Shown here: piece by piece, positions 47,801 through 55,751 of the stretch
Position numbering within the stretch: the stretch's first letter is position 1
Layout: every line of letters starts with the position of its first letter
IMG/VR virus record: IMGVR_UViG_3300020050_009209
DNA from: a virus
Taxonomy: Duplodnaviria; Caudoviricetes
DNA length: 64,000 nucleotides
Direction: 5' to 3' (one strand)
Notes under the pieces: model-generated
The model's input: the letters and a program-made list of their open reading frames with translations, nothing else
What the model was told of the DNA's origin: nothing
Database searches by the model: none
Translations under genes and position numbers: made by a program

Positions 47801-48682
47801 CCTAACTACAACGACTACACGCCTTTCGATATCCTAAAGGTAGGCACCTCCCTCACAACTTGGGTAGACAGGACCGTAACTTACGGTAGCGCCTTTAATC
47901 CAACTGTAGGTCAAAGGTTGATGGTTATCCGTAACCAATTTGTAATAGGTGGGCCAGTAGGCGTGTTGAACTTTGACACCCCTGATCGATTCACGATGCA
48001 GGATTCTGGTCAAAACTTTACCGCAGCGGGTGTCGTTACTGGGGACTGGTTAAGCGCCGTTTGGTTTGACGTTGTGTTTAAGACTGCCCTTCGTCAGATC
48101 ACCTCAGCCTCACACGCAGGTAACGTTACGCGGTGTAAGTACACCTACCCAATCCTGACCAATCCTCCAAGTAACTACCTACCTAACGTTACACCTACGT
48201 ATGCGGTATACCGTCCGTCGATGTACTTCTACTGGAACTTGAAGAATAACTCCGCTGGTACGACTCACACAATTGACGTAGATACGAGTGAGACAACCCA
48301 AGAGGCGGCATTCCTTGCAGCAAAGTCAGAATGCGAGATCTACGCAATGCCTAGAGAGGATGTGTTCCTATTCACGCTCTCTCCTGGACAGCCTACGGTC
48401 AAGATCAAGGATGCCGATGGAGTGACCTTCTCCAACCTCAAGTTGGCAGGGTCCGTAGATATCTCAGAGGAGTACTTGAACCTAGCTAGAATGGTTCAGA
48501 AGTCTGGCGGTATCGAAGTTGGAGAGGTTACGGGTGGAGTAGCAGCTGCTCTTGTCCGTAGACTCTCCAGGCCTAAGATGCACAACCAGTTGCTCACTCC
48601 AGTGGACAAGGTGAGCACTCTGGTTTGCTCGAATGTCAAGTCTGGGGCCCTAGCTAAGTACACGGCAAAGGGAGGTAAGTGA
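41831..48682 (+). CDS. Giant tailspike / receptor-binding protein (2283 aa) with pectate-lyase-like beta-helix cap and propeller-like repeats
   Basis: AIRDAVRAAALDGYGTVHLRRGKYVVLNTIVVPPGVIVEGEG is the tailspike beta-helix start; repeated P.V.W(D/T)G..(F/W)V motifs. Confidence 0.65.
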   Translation: MAGTFTVTGNVYSNLTKLEQEQLRKADFTSGGKALTVGDGEGTVGVGSINAEPYGTGPSVALDNTYSQTPPGSPGLGLETLTQVGLTSETVRWYGPTRIAAGTTGFGFGVSQWRDLSANFGALGVVANDILLVKGETAGADNNQFAAATITVVAGNTLTCSNIYAPDAAVISQFDIAGDSYSYLIIRPNVVQLFAVPGSGPLGREQSFMMVVPGSTLHVNPAPTLGGINADRIQNIVPPAFNGNIAVDRADSVYGPPNTGGPRLPLDTLGYRVVLYKSNNTGTGPDLNQPIATLSPVIDSTVAAADQRMTFDYRAGIVRFSCAPRAGDAIKPTGGNQGVNPTTGRLQLYAIFWAVDQTATIGASRSVYTVRSTEALAKVPGKVYYNNSAEGWMMGSSVNGGFYVQSYSPAEVPAADPGEKIDFGTYLSAGTDRFRGLRLRASDPRISMIPRQRVNTTTDPLSSTELRVADKTSFTLGGGTAPPQNQGADYFSASTTKGLRQSGLAIRDAVRAAALDGYGTVHLRRGKYVVLNTIVVPPGVIVEGEGQSTQIDSQYTSGVGVWPSVFKFGPNTSWGVYDFDYNELNSTYTPTTEFNYGATTKLEGIDVVWNPTRRVWGMVQADLLTNEIWFNEVLPNGTKVVAGSGFAVKNNANVLFSNASTNSDQHTPSHYPRIAYQQWSDEYSVVWVEEGGGPVGPKTKLQVVQATNTQGVVAFTRKFGPALVPPAGTYQDHPSVAVDNSITDPSVAYRIALSYTEHAAPHNNATLCTALMDSITGASLASSTNAFTSYIVVSSTDVSSDDQGNFLFAFSVRKHKLILGTTGNIVGETLVDAGIPDFTAVGVEIGSRFLYVSGTSVDYGTSGVVAAIAPASTLTIQNDTLAAWTNHTPVTYYLAPTSTIYTVKSTGLSFGTVNVVSGTSPAANFYVFDVREPDYVRLSRGVGSWAVIYQSFDTTTILAASSIKNWDNNLNTGFVDQVWGTCRDLTPRRLHLATCYALVNDFGVDISPRSPLTASSDDFYTRAGADTTTCQRSLGGRVVPLPNHNAILNVNRPGGYWEMEVAARNYSQPWTVTKAPSLIPDVTWTGQDWVVVSPSVSRIESATGTYLQSGPDFYLADPSFIFGSGGSSVDGSYLPATVAVGDWIYFPSVTQYAQIAAISSEHVVRFTGPVAGLVLTTTYSWYLVRPSNLGVSGGIKNPGFRISARGEVTVSTNFFTFADELPDATTHVPTLRHQETIWRPKLWGDYTVNNLFGAGYQAPTSDVSLNWNDVWTTSRLELNLFYRGVAVGAPKGCSELITTEFPMVALAWGENFYGFLDRNVSGSTGAPGNFKNQTVFYRQSFGPWEGGLKDLAIQGSKSSALKLESSHHIFTRHGLLPNSGSPFFATDGYRNCFAHLAPQQLNSSFEPREASTYRSGMQSIYTDVTGRDPVRIREGLYMGLTSAEFDDTTFSPVVGSVVTAKQLNGSSPRVLWDGKNFVSFVGTTVLQAATTIVGVTTVFATSGSNPKLRGLISMFRFTGGDHSNSNPDNILGGGVSEVGASTARSGSSTVVASTVISTGASADAEVRDALTFDVAFSGKVFCVAWSMGYNASPGDGADVTGGCIVGYSLFENGLNTPPNSIGGYGYGVEATPLDVAFVTNSFKEKMTLIHPKVTWDGNKFVICFVHYDDTTHRNIKYVTIPEYGVGSNVTFKALGADNVGRGDSGIEMRLGNIANGNITMTQDGTKYVGMRPQPGDLVCINRSGDIATTIANAVDLAGWYTVVDYDPVSNEMNIGRDLTAYNGLNVYGVLMSGGVMGGKNATLLGNQFTAGVDTATLGRSAYGNYLQKAGDGVLVQEDPRSVLRIWGLEFDPSTNSFFILYEESTNDLWVTSFSLQSGVSIREPVRIASTATTTYAAIGLNGDSLLVVYAKTDIVYYAEVSKGLIATPNASRVNFSYTDVLGNTAGKMPGPTYGTGAYGAVRGIQVKWNDVLGRWQVAVSFGTTASTIRHPNYNDYTPFDILKVGTSLTTWVDRTVTYGSAFNPTVGQRLMVIRNQFVIGGPVGVLNFDTPDRFTMQDSGQNFTAAGVVTGDWLSAVWFDVVFKTALRQITSASHAGNVTRCKYTYPILTNPPSNYLPNVTPTYAVYRPSMYFYWNLKNNSAGTTHTIDVDTSETTQEAAFLAAKSECEIYAMPREDVFLFTLSPGQPTVKIKDADGVTFSNLKLAGSVDISEEYLNLARMVQKSGGIEVGEVTGGVAAALVRRLSRPKMHNQLLTPVDKVSTLVCSNVKSGALAKYTAKGGK

Positions 48683-48683
48683 A

Positions 48684-49340
48684 ATGTCCACCCACGTACT
48701 AGTCGGGCTGTTCGACGACCAAATCAACGGAGTTCTCACCACGAGTGGGACTCCTCCCATGTCAACGATTACCGGGAACTACGTAATTCGAGTACCGGAT
48801 GACATCCCAGTGCGAAACCCAACGAGCGTTGCAGACTTAATCACAAAGAAGTATGCAGGCACCCTAGGTATGCATGCCCTATTCACCCAGATCATCTATG
48901 ATGACATGCTGGATGGGTTGGGGATGAATGCAGGGGCTAGTAACGGGATTACGTTGGGGGATAGGGGTACATGCGGCCTCTACCCTGTCAATGGAGCTGT
49001 AATCCCGATTCTCCAGACCGCACCGTACGGTATTGTCTGGGGAGGTACTCCTCCAGGGCCTGCTCAGGCCATCGTGACCTACGAGCTTTTTGAGTACGTG
49101 GATGTAGACGACAAGGGTTTAGTGTACGTACGTAAGTACCGTGAGGTCACCCCAGATACGAATGTGTCTGTTCAGGTTAGCTTCAACGGGGGGACCACTT
49201 TTTTTGCAGCTACCGATAAAGCATTAGTCTCTATCCCCTTGGTGTCACGAGGGACCTCAGTTGTTCTCAAGTTCACTAGGACAACCAATATCGCAACTAA
49301 GGGTCGGGTCTTGATCGGATCTTGGGCGGTTCTATTCTAG
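48684..49340 (+). CDS. Hypothetical tail structural protein
   Basis: GGAGGT SD; VQVSFNGGTTF (Asp-box-like) motif common in tail proteins. Confidence 0.6.
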   Translation: MSTHVLVGLFDDQINGVLTTSGTPPMSTITGNYVIRVPDDIPVRNPTSVADLITKKYAGTLGMHALFTQIIYDDMLDGLGMNAGASNGITLGDRGTCGLYPVNGAVIPILQTAPYGIVWGGTPPGPAQAIVTYELFEYVDVDDKGLVYVRKYREVTPDTNVSVQVSFNGGTTFFAATDKALVSIPLVSRGTSVVLKFTRTTNIATKGRVLIGSWAVLF

Positions 49341-50045
49341 ATGGAATTCATAATTTACACTTGCACAAACGTTGTGAATGGGATGCTGTATGTCGGACAA
49401 ACTCGTCGTACGCTGGCAACTCGATGGTCTCAACACGTTTGCGATGCCAAGCGTCTTGTGAGCACTAGACTTTATCGAGCACTACGCAAGTATGGTCGTG
49501 AGAGTTTCATGCTAGCTGTGCTTGAGAAAGTGGACACGCTTGAAGCTGCTAATGCAGCCGAACAACGATGGATTGCGCATTTCAAGTCGAATGACCCACA
49601 GTTTGGGTACAACTTGGATGGGGGTGGGAATGTCCGTGGGGTGAGCCCAGAAACACGAGCTAAGCAAAGTGAGGCTCAGAAAAAGCGCTTTGCCAAGCCT
49701 GGAGCGAAGGAAAGATTATCCGCTTCAATGCGTGGTAGGTCTTTAACTGCTGAGCACATCAACAAGCTTAAATTAGTTCGAGCAGGGCATGCTTGGAGGT
49801 TAGGGGTAAAGAACAAAACGCCTCACCCTGAAGAGCGTAGGTCTAGAATGGCTGCTGCTCATATGGGCAAGAAGCACTCATCAGAAACTAAAGCTAAGAT
49901 GAGTGCTTCTCAACGAGCAAGAGCCGAACAAAAGCGATGCGGTTCTCCCATGACTGACCTCATAGTTGCCCCAGCCAGTAAGCTGGATATCCTGAAGAAA
50001 TTTCAATTAGATCAAGTAGTGGAGTCGATCAATGTCGTCGGATAA
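49341..50045 (+). CDS. GIY-YIG homing endonuclease with NUMOD3 repeats
   Basis: FIIYTCTNVVNGMLYVGQT...RW..H...ALRKYG.ESF...E..WI...GYNL..GG; NUMOD3 HMGKKHSSETKAKMS. Confidence 0.9.
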   Translation: MEFIIYTCTNVVNGMLYVGQTRRTLATRWSQHVCDAKRLVSTRLYRALRKYGRESFMLAVLEKVDTLEAANAAEQRWIAHFKSNDPQFGYNLDGGGNVRGVSPETRAKQSEAQKKRFAKPGAKERLSASMRGRSLTAEHINKLKLVRAGHAWRLGVKNKTPHPEERRSRMAAAHMGKKHSSETKAKMSASQRARAEQKRCGSPMTDLIVAPASKLDILKKFQLDQVVESINVVG

Positions 50046-53000
50046 CTACGGTACAGGCGTATCTCGTGTTCTCGACCCAAAACAAGCTTCTATCCTAGGG
50101 GTTATCTGGCAGCAAGGTAAGCCCCCACTGGATAGCGAGTTGAACTTGGCTCAGCAGCTTCAAGCTAACTGGAGTCAGCAACTATGTCTGAGGGGCACCC
50201 CCTCTGGATTTTTGGGTAACGATGCGAACACCTCCAAGGACTACCTGACCAATCCAAGCTGGTCTAACTGGTTCCAATTTGGACGCCAACGACCTGGAGA
50301 GAAGCAGGCCATTGCATGGGCAGTGGTTAACGGCTGGCTTATCCCAGTGACGGGGACACGCACGGGTACCCCACCAGGATCTCCGAATAACACGGACACC
50401 TGGAACAAGATTGCACTGGACCCTCCTCCAGCAAACAGTGGAGACTTCCGAGCAGACTTTACGTTCCTGGAGGTGTGGGTTGCGAGAGTTCCTCCAGGGC
50501 CTTCTACACTCAACAAGCCAAGTGCTTCGGCTGTCTACCGTTACGGAAATGTTGAAGGTGGGTACAGCTACCTACCTGACGATATCCAGGACCCTCAAAT
50601 CGGGGTAGAGACAACTCAGAGAGTTCAAGTCCAATACCGAATTCGAGTAGTCAAGGGACTCATTGGGCTAGCTACCTACCCGGATGGGTTTGACCCGACC
50701 CTCGTGAAGGGCCGAGGAGCCGCTGCGGCAGATACCTCCTTCACCTTCACCAACATGCGTCAGGAACTCGGGGACCCAGGTCTCTGGAGGGCTGGGGACG
50801 GCACTGCAAACTCGCTAGGTACCGTGGATGGGTATGTCTATGCCATCCCGCTATGCGCTGTCTTCCGTCGTAACTCTGTCGTGTGGTCAGGGGACCCATC
50901 GCAGAACCTCAATGGAGGGTTCAATCGTAACCCAGTAGCTACAGACCGAACGGGAGTGAAGACCTTCTCTACCGTAGCTACGCTTGCGGCTGGGATAACG
51001 GATGTGGCCACCTCGCTCACGATTGTGTCTGCTGCGAATATTCCGCTACCCACAGCTCCAGCATCTCCTGTTCTAATTCAGATCGGAGACGAGCTACTCA
51101 CCTACACGTCTATCTCAGGGACCACTCTCAGTGGGCTGACCCGAGGTGTGAACGGAACTCAGAAAGAAGCTCACCTGATTGGGCAGACCATCAAGGTTGT
51201 GTCTAGTCGTCCTGACGGACTCTTCTCGGATCAGATTGCAGCTACCGATATTCTGGACCTACGCCATGTGGTTAGCCCCAATGGTTTCGACTACTCCGCG
51301 CTGTTGGCCGGGAGTCTCGACAAGCTCTTGAAGGGGCAGCTGAGGTCCAACTGGAAGCGAACGGGAGGAGGCCCACAAGGCACCTTCATTACGTACCAGG
51401 ATAAGGTGTCCGCTTCGGCTGCGGGCATGGGAATCACTAAGGTCGACTCCCCTGACGGGATCCGTATGATTTTCTCGGATGCAGCTGCCATGCAAAAAGT
51501 GGAGGTTCTCTGCACTCCATTTACAGCAGCTGTAGCCATCCCAGCAACTCAACCCATTGGCACATCTTGGTCTCTTGCGATCAACGCTCTCACGACAAGA
51601 CAACGATCTGGTAACCAGTGGGACACAGAGTTGTCCGCAGGAGATGGGTTGGGGGATCGCATCAAGATCCTTGTCGCCCAATTCAAGAACACTGTACCGG
51701 GAGCAGATGCAGACCAGGTGCGACTCTTGAATGAGTCCCCAGCAGCTAGCTCTGCGGGTCAGAGTGCAGGTGGAGCTACCTTCACGGATGCAACGAGTGA
51801 CCTTTCGAAGGTACAGCCTGGAGACACCTTGGTGATTTACCAAGGTACCAATCGAGGGTCCTTTCCGGTCCTCAGCTCCGTTGCGCAAGTTGTAACTGTC
51901 GATGGAGTCTTGGTGGCAGGATCTGGGATCACCTACGAGATACGTCGTGGTGTGGGGTCAATCCAAGTTCGTATCGATGGCATGGAAGAGCCCCTTCCTC
52001 AGCATCGCTTCAAGGTTACTCCACTCAACCCAACGTCGAGCGATGACCTTACAATCGAGTTCATTGGGGTAGGGGTTCCCTTCCCAATTGCAAAGACTGT
52101 CTACGTCACTTCGCACGTACAGTACGGAGCGGGTAGAGGTCTCTCGCATAGGCCTGACTCGATCCATAATCTTGCAATGTACAACCCAGCGGCGGACATT
52201 CTTGTCCCATCGATTGGTGTACCTTCCACGAACTACACCTTGGGTACAACGTGGGCTCTACTCTGGAGCAAGTATCGATCGGCAGCTTACAAGAACTTGC
52301 TACCTGTCACAGCAGGGTCCTATGCCGACCTTGGAAGTAAGACCGTCATCCTTACTCCGTTCCGTCGTATCGCGTACCCTGCGACACCAACAGGAGTGCG
52401 AACTCAAGATGGTGCAAGTACAAATCGCTACACGGCTACCGTCACAACGGGCACGGCTGGCTCGTCTGTAGGAACGACCACCTTCACAGATGCTGGGGCT
52501 GGATTTGGGGTCAGTGGAGTTGTTGCGAACGACAGCTTCGAAGTGACCAAGGGCCTAGCAGCTGGCAAGTATCGTGTGGTCACCGTCAGTCCAACGACGT
52601 TGGTTCTAGACCGCCCGATCCCAACCGCATCGAACATTGCCTACAGCGTGTATCATACACAAGGCTTGATGCCCTTCAAGAAGCGGGACGGGCTAACAGC
52701 GAAGTGGACCACGACAGACCCACTAGGGCTCTTCTCAGGCTCGTCAGATCCTGATGCAAACCGGAAGAACTTTTTCGTCTCTCTGCCTCGGCACTTGGTG
52801 CCTGGTTGGGGAGAGGTTCATGCTCCAATCCTCTCAACGAACGGAGCCCTGTTTCATCGTGGTGTAAACTACATGCTTCAAGCTCGTGAAGGTTTGAACA
52901 CCAACACGACAGATGCTGACCACTGCAAGCAGTTCATCAACTACACCTCGAACGTTCCGTTGTCCTACGCGTCGATGTCTACGGGTAACTTCTCTGGCCC

Positions 53001-54588
53001 TACGACAGTACCTGCAACCTACAACTCCACCTTCTCGTATGGCGGAGTCACGCAAGCAGGTGCAAGGCTCTTCACGGATCAACGAGGTCTAGGTCGCCAA
53101 GGAATTGAGCTGCCTCCTTTCTATGGCATCGCACGACTGTTTGGAGTCTACGAGTCCAGTGACTACAAGACGAACGGCTCTGCATTCAATCCTTCGACCC
53201 GAGAGCTAACTGGAAGTGGAGCGAAGAACCTGCTTCGTTCCAACTTTAGTGGTCCAACTTTCTGGGTAGAGATCGATGACGATGGCGACTCAACCTTCGT
53301 TGTAAATGCAAACGCTCTGGACCTTGATAAGTCTCCCGTGGCCATCCCAAGTTTTGCTTCGAAACACTACGTGGTGGAGGCCTCTGTGTTTGGTTTCGAT
53401 CGAGACTCGTTTGATCTCACGAAGCCCTTCCGACTTGTCCTATCGAGAGATCGAACCGCCGCAAACACTGGGGTGCGTGCAACGAATACGGATGCCATCG
53501 TAGTGGGTCCAGTCTGCGTGCTACCAGGACCTCTGACAACGTCAGATACGGTGCTTGTAAACTACAGCCGAACTCCTTACCAAGGCGATCCTTGGGGAAG
53601 TCAGTTGAACTACCTCGATGTGGGGTACAGTCCTGGTCCGCTTCAGACATCGACGGCCTACCAACTGGTCTCGTCTCAACTAGACGAGTCTGCCCTTACT
53701 CGACCGAACCAAACCTCGCTTGAGGTCCTGGCCTCGAAGGGGTTCATTACGTCCCTCGGGTCTGGACGCCTTAGTGGAGACGTGGTTGCAGGCAACGCTT
53801 ACGACTTCCGAAATGTCGGATTCGAAGAGCCTACGACTTACCCTCCTGTGAGTGGGGTTACGCCTCGCCCAAGAGTCAACATGGGAGCCATCCATCCCTT
53901 GGTCGCTAGTGATGTGAACCCAGAGTATCTAGGGGCATCCGAGCGTCTACCCATGGGCGCACTATGGCGAGACAAGGACTTCAGAGGGGACTCCTTCACG
54001 AAGACCAACCAAGCACCTCTTGTGTACACCTCATCCACTGGCGTTGGCGTGGGCGGCGCAAGCTTGGCAAGAACCAAGACACTAGACCAGGAGGAGATTG
54101 CGCTCGTGACGGCAACTCAATCCTCAGGTCAAACCGGAGACGTTCTAGTGCACGTTGACGGAGAGGTTGGCAACTACGCTGCGCTCACGAACTTCCGAAC
54201 CTACCGTGGTGGGTCGGCATTCATGGGTAGTGGAGAACGACCAGGAGGTGAGGTCTTCACCTCATTCGATGCCCTCACTGACTTCAGTCAGGTTCTGGTT
54301 GGCCAAGCCTTCCTTGTTCGCAACACGGTCACGACTGTAGGGGCGAACGAGGTCTCAGCTGGAGACGAGTTGCTCATGGCAATCGTCACGACTCGCATCC
54401 GCAACGCACAAGCCGTTGGAGTGTCTACCTCATCTACGTCCGTGGTAGGAACGAACGGTACAGCAGAGGGGTACTCTGCTGTAGCCCTCTACCGTATCGA
54501 CGGTCACCCTCTGCTCTCGGACAACGTGAAGTACGAGGTCGACCCAACTACGGTCCTTCTCCCCAAGAAGTTTAGCTTCGGAGGCTAG
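50032..54588 (+). CDS. Large baseplate/tail-fibre structural protein (1518 aa), paralog of 37004..39637
   Basis: WQQGKPPLDSELNL, FLEVW, ETTQRVQVQYRIRV, GDPGLWRAGDG, VDGYVYAIPLCAVFRRN, RPDG motifs. Confidence 0.7.
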   Translation: MSSDNYGTGVSRVLDPKQASILGVIWQQGKPPLDSELNLAQQLQANWSQQLCLRGTPSGFLGNDANTSKDYLTNPSWSNWFQFGRQRPGEKQAIAWAVVNGWLIPVTGTRTGTPPGSPNNTDTWNKIALDPPPANSGDFRADFTFLEVWVARVPPGPSTLNKPSASAVYRYGNVEGGYSYLPDDIQDPQIGVETTQRVQVQYRIRVVKGLIGLATYPDGFDPTLVKGRGAAAADTSFTFTNMRQELGDPGLWRAGDGTANSLGTVDGYVYAIPLCAVFRRNSVVWSGDPSQNLNGGFNRNPVATDRTGVKTFSTVATLAAGITDVATSLTIVSAANIPLPTAPASPVLIQIGDELLTYTSISGTTLSGLTRGVNGTQKEAHLIGQTIKVVSSRPDGLFSDQIAATDILDLRHVVSPNGFDYSALLAGSLDKLLKGQLRSNWKRTGGGPQGTFITYQDKVSASAAGMGITKVDSPDGIRMIFSDAAAMQKVEVLCTPFTAAVAIPATQPIGTSWSLAINALTTRQRSGNQWDTELSAGDGLGDRIKILVAQFKNTVPGADADQVRLLNESPAASSAGQSAGGATFTDATSDLSKVQPGDTLVIYQGTNRGSFPVLSSVAQVVTVDGVLVAGSGITYEIRRGVGSIQVRIDGMEEPLPQHRFKVTPLNPTSSDDLTIEFIGVGVPFPIAKTVYVTSHVQYGAGRGLSHRPDSIHNLAMYNPAADILVPSIGVPSTNYTLGTTWALLWSKYRSAAYKNLLPVTAGSYADLGSKTVILTPFRRIAYPATPTGVRTQDGASTNRYTATVTTGTAGSSVGTTTFTDAGAGFGVSGVVANDSFEVTKGLAAGKYRVVTVSPTTLVLDRPIPTASNIAYSVYHTQGLMPFKKRDGLTAKWTTTDPLGLFSGSSDPDANRKNFFVSLPRHLVPGWGEVHAPILSTNGALFHRGVNYMLQAREGLNTNTTDADHCKQFINYTSNVPLSYASMSTGNFSGPTTVPATYNSTFSYGGVTQAGARLFTDQRGLGRQGIELPPFYGIARLFGVYESSDYKTNGSAFNPSTRELTGSGAKNLLRSNFSGPTFWVEIDDDGDSTFVVNANALDLDKSPVAIPSFASKHYVVEASVFGFDRDSFDLTKPFRLVLSRDRTAANTGVRATNTDAIVVGPVCVLPGPLTTSDTVLVNYSRTPYQGDPWGSQLNYLDVGYSPGPLQTSTAYQLVSSQLDESALTRPNQTSLEVLASKGFITSLGSGRLSGDVVAGNAYDFRNVGFEEPTTYPPVSGVTPRPRVNMGAIHPLVASDVNPEYLGASERLPMGALWRDKDFRGDSFTKTNQAPLVYTSSTGVGVGGASLARTKTLDQEEIALVTATQSSGQTGDVLVHVDGEVGNYAALTNFRTYRGGSAFMGSGERPGGEVFTSFDALTDFSQVLVGQAFLVRNTVTTVGANEVSAGDELLMAIVTTRIRNAQAVGVSTSSTSVVGTNGTAEGYSAVALYRIDGHPLLSDNVKYEVDPTTVLLPKKFSFGG

Positions 54589-54590
54589 TC

Positions 54591-54890
54591 ATGGCGCGTG
54601 GAACCATAACGGTATATGACGTCCCCCCCGAGGTTCGAGCCAAGGGGGCGGCACAGTCCCGGCAACAACTACACACCTTGCTCTCTAACCCACACCTTAC
54701 GGCAACTCAACGAGCTGAGTTGCTCGATCGGTTGGCCTGGGTAGCTAAGTGGGAAGAGGCAGATGTTGGTGAGATTCTACCTAGGCCTGTACCAACTGTT
54801 GTAGTGGCAGAGCAAGTTCCGGAGACTCAACGAGCTGCACAACACCATTCAGTTTTCATTGATGAGTCTCTGAGTGTAGAGGAAACCTAA
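54591..54890 (+). CDS. Small hypothetical protein (possible fibre assembly factor)
   Basis: GGAGG SD; its C-terminus FIDESLSVEE resembles a repeat in gene 33166. Confidence 0.6.
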   Translation: MARGTITVYDVPPEVRAKGAAQSRQQLHTLLSNPHLTATQRAELLDRLAWVAKWEEADVGEILPRPVPTVVVAEQVPETQRAAQHHSVFIDESLSVEET

Positions 54891-54891
54891 C

Positions 54892-55356
54892 ATGGCCATG
54901 GACCTAGACACTGTGTTTCAAGCTTTCGTGAACGTGCAGACAATCATTATCTGCCTCGCAATATACCTCCTAACTTACGTGATCCGTAAGGTTGTCGAAG
55001 GTGCTTGGAAGGGTGCAAAGGATAATCGAATCTGGCGAGAGGTTTGGCTTCCTATCGGACCTATCGTAAACGGTGGGCTTGTTGGGATCATGGCCAAGAC
55101 TTTCGTTTGGCCTACCGTCATTGGTACCTCCCTCTCGGGTAGGATCATGTACGGCGCGATTTGCGGTGTATTCTCTGCTCTACTCTACAGCAGAATTAGG
55201 TCCTTCATCCAGAGCACCCCAGCTCAATCGAAGGGGCAGGGGGGTCTACTAAAGCCAGTAAACCCATCGGACCCACCCCCAGCGGATGATACCTCGGATC
55301 CCGCAGATGACCTAAGTCCAGAAATTCCTCCCCCACCTCCAGACGAGAATCCCTAA
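54892..55356 (+). CDS. Putative holin-like membrane protein (about 3 TM segments)
   Basis: Hydrophobic segments IIICLAIYLLTYVI, LPIGPIVNGGLVGIMA, IMYGAICGVFSALLY; Pro/acidic tail; located at the end of the tail operon. Confidence 0.55.
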   Translation: MAMDLDTVFQAFVNVQTIIICLAIYLLTYVIRKVVEGAWKGAKDNRIWREVWLPIGPIVNGGLVGIMAKTFVWPTVIGTSLSGRIMYGAICGVFSALLYSRIRSFIQSTPAQSKGQGGLLKPVNPSDPPPADDTSDPADDLSPEIPPPPPDENP

Positions 55357-55744
55357 TGGCCCACAACTACGAACGAACCGCAGCCCCTCATGTTCCCCCC
55401 TCAATGTGGAGCTTACTAGAGCAGTGGGTGTACGCTTTTGTTCTTCAAGTTCCTAACCAAATCCCATCTAACCTAAAGGTAGATGGGGTTAGGGTTAACC
55501 CTGTACAGAGAGGTTACTCTCAGGTTGAGGCCAAGGGGTACAGTAAGGGGGACTTGGAGGCAACAGCTACTGTAGCAGTGTCCTTAGACCCGGCTAAGAC
55601 CCGGCTAAGGTAGAGGCTCTTGTGGTCCTATGGTACAAAGACGTATCGATGTCCCATGAGACCTCTGTAGATCTGAGGGTGTCTGCAAAAGATGACCCTA
55701 GTCAGACCTTAAGTCTAATCAAGAGATTTTTTCAGGATAAGTGA
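55356..55744 (+). pseudogene. Hypothetical gene frameshifted by an 11-bp tandem duplication
   Basis: agacccggcta is duplicated at 55586-55596 and 55597-55607. Removing one copy gives a 125-aa ORF ending at TGA 55742-55744, 7 nt before the next start. Confidence 0.75.
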
Positions 55745-55751
55745 GTCTCCC

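Noticed and set aside
6758-49341. All four HEGs are in the same frame as their upstream gene (possible readthrough fusions)
   Set aside because: Extra in-frame stops intervene at 6759 and 36165, so a general fusion mechanism fails; probably coincidence.
6816-50045. HEGs as group I intron ORFs
   Set aside because: Flanking genes look complete and there is no non-coding space for an intron core.
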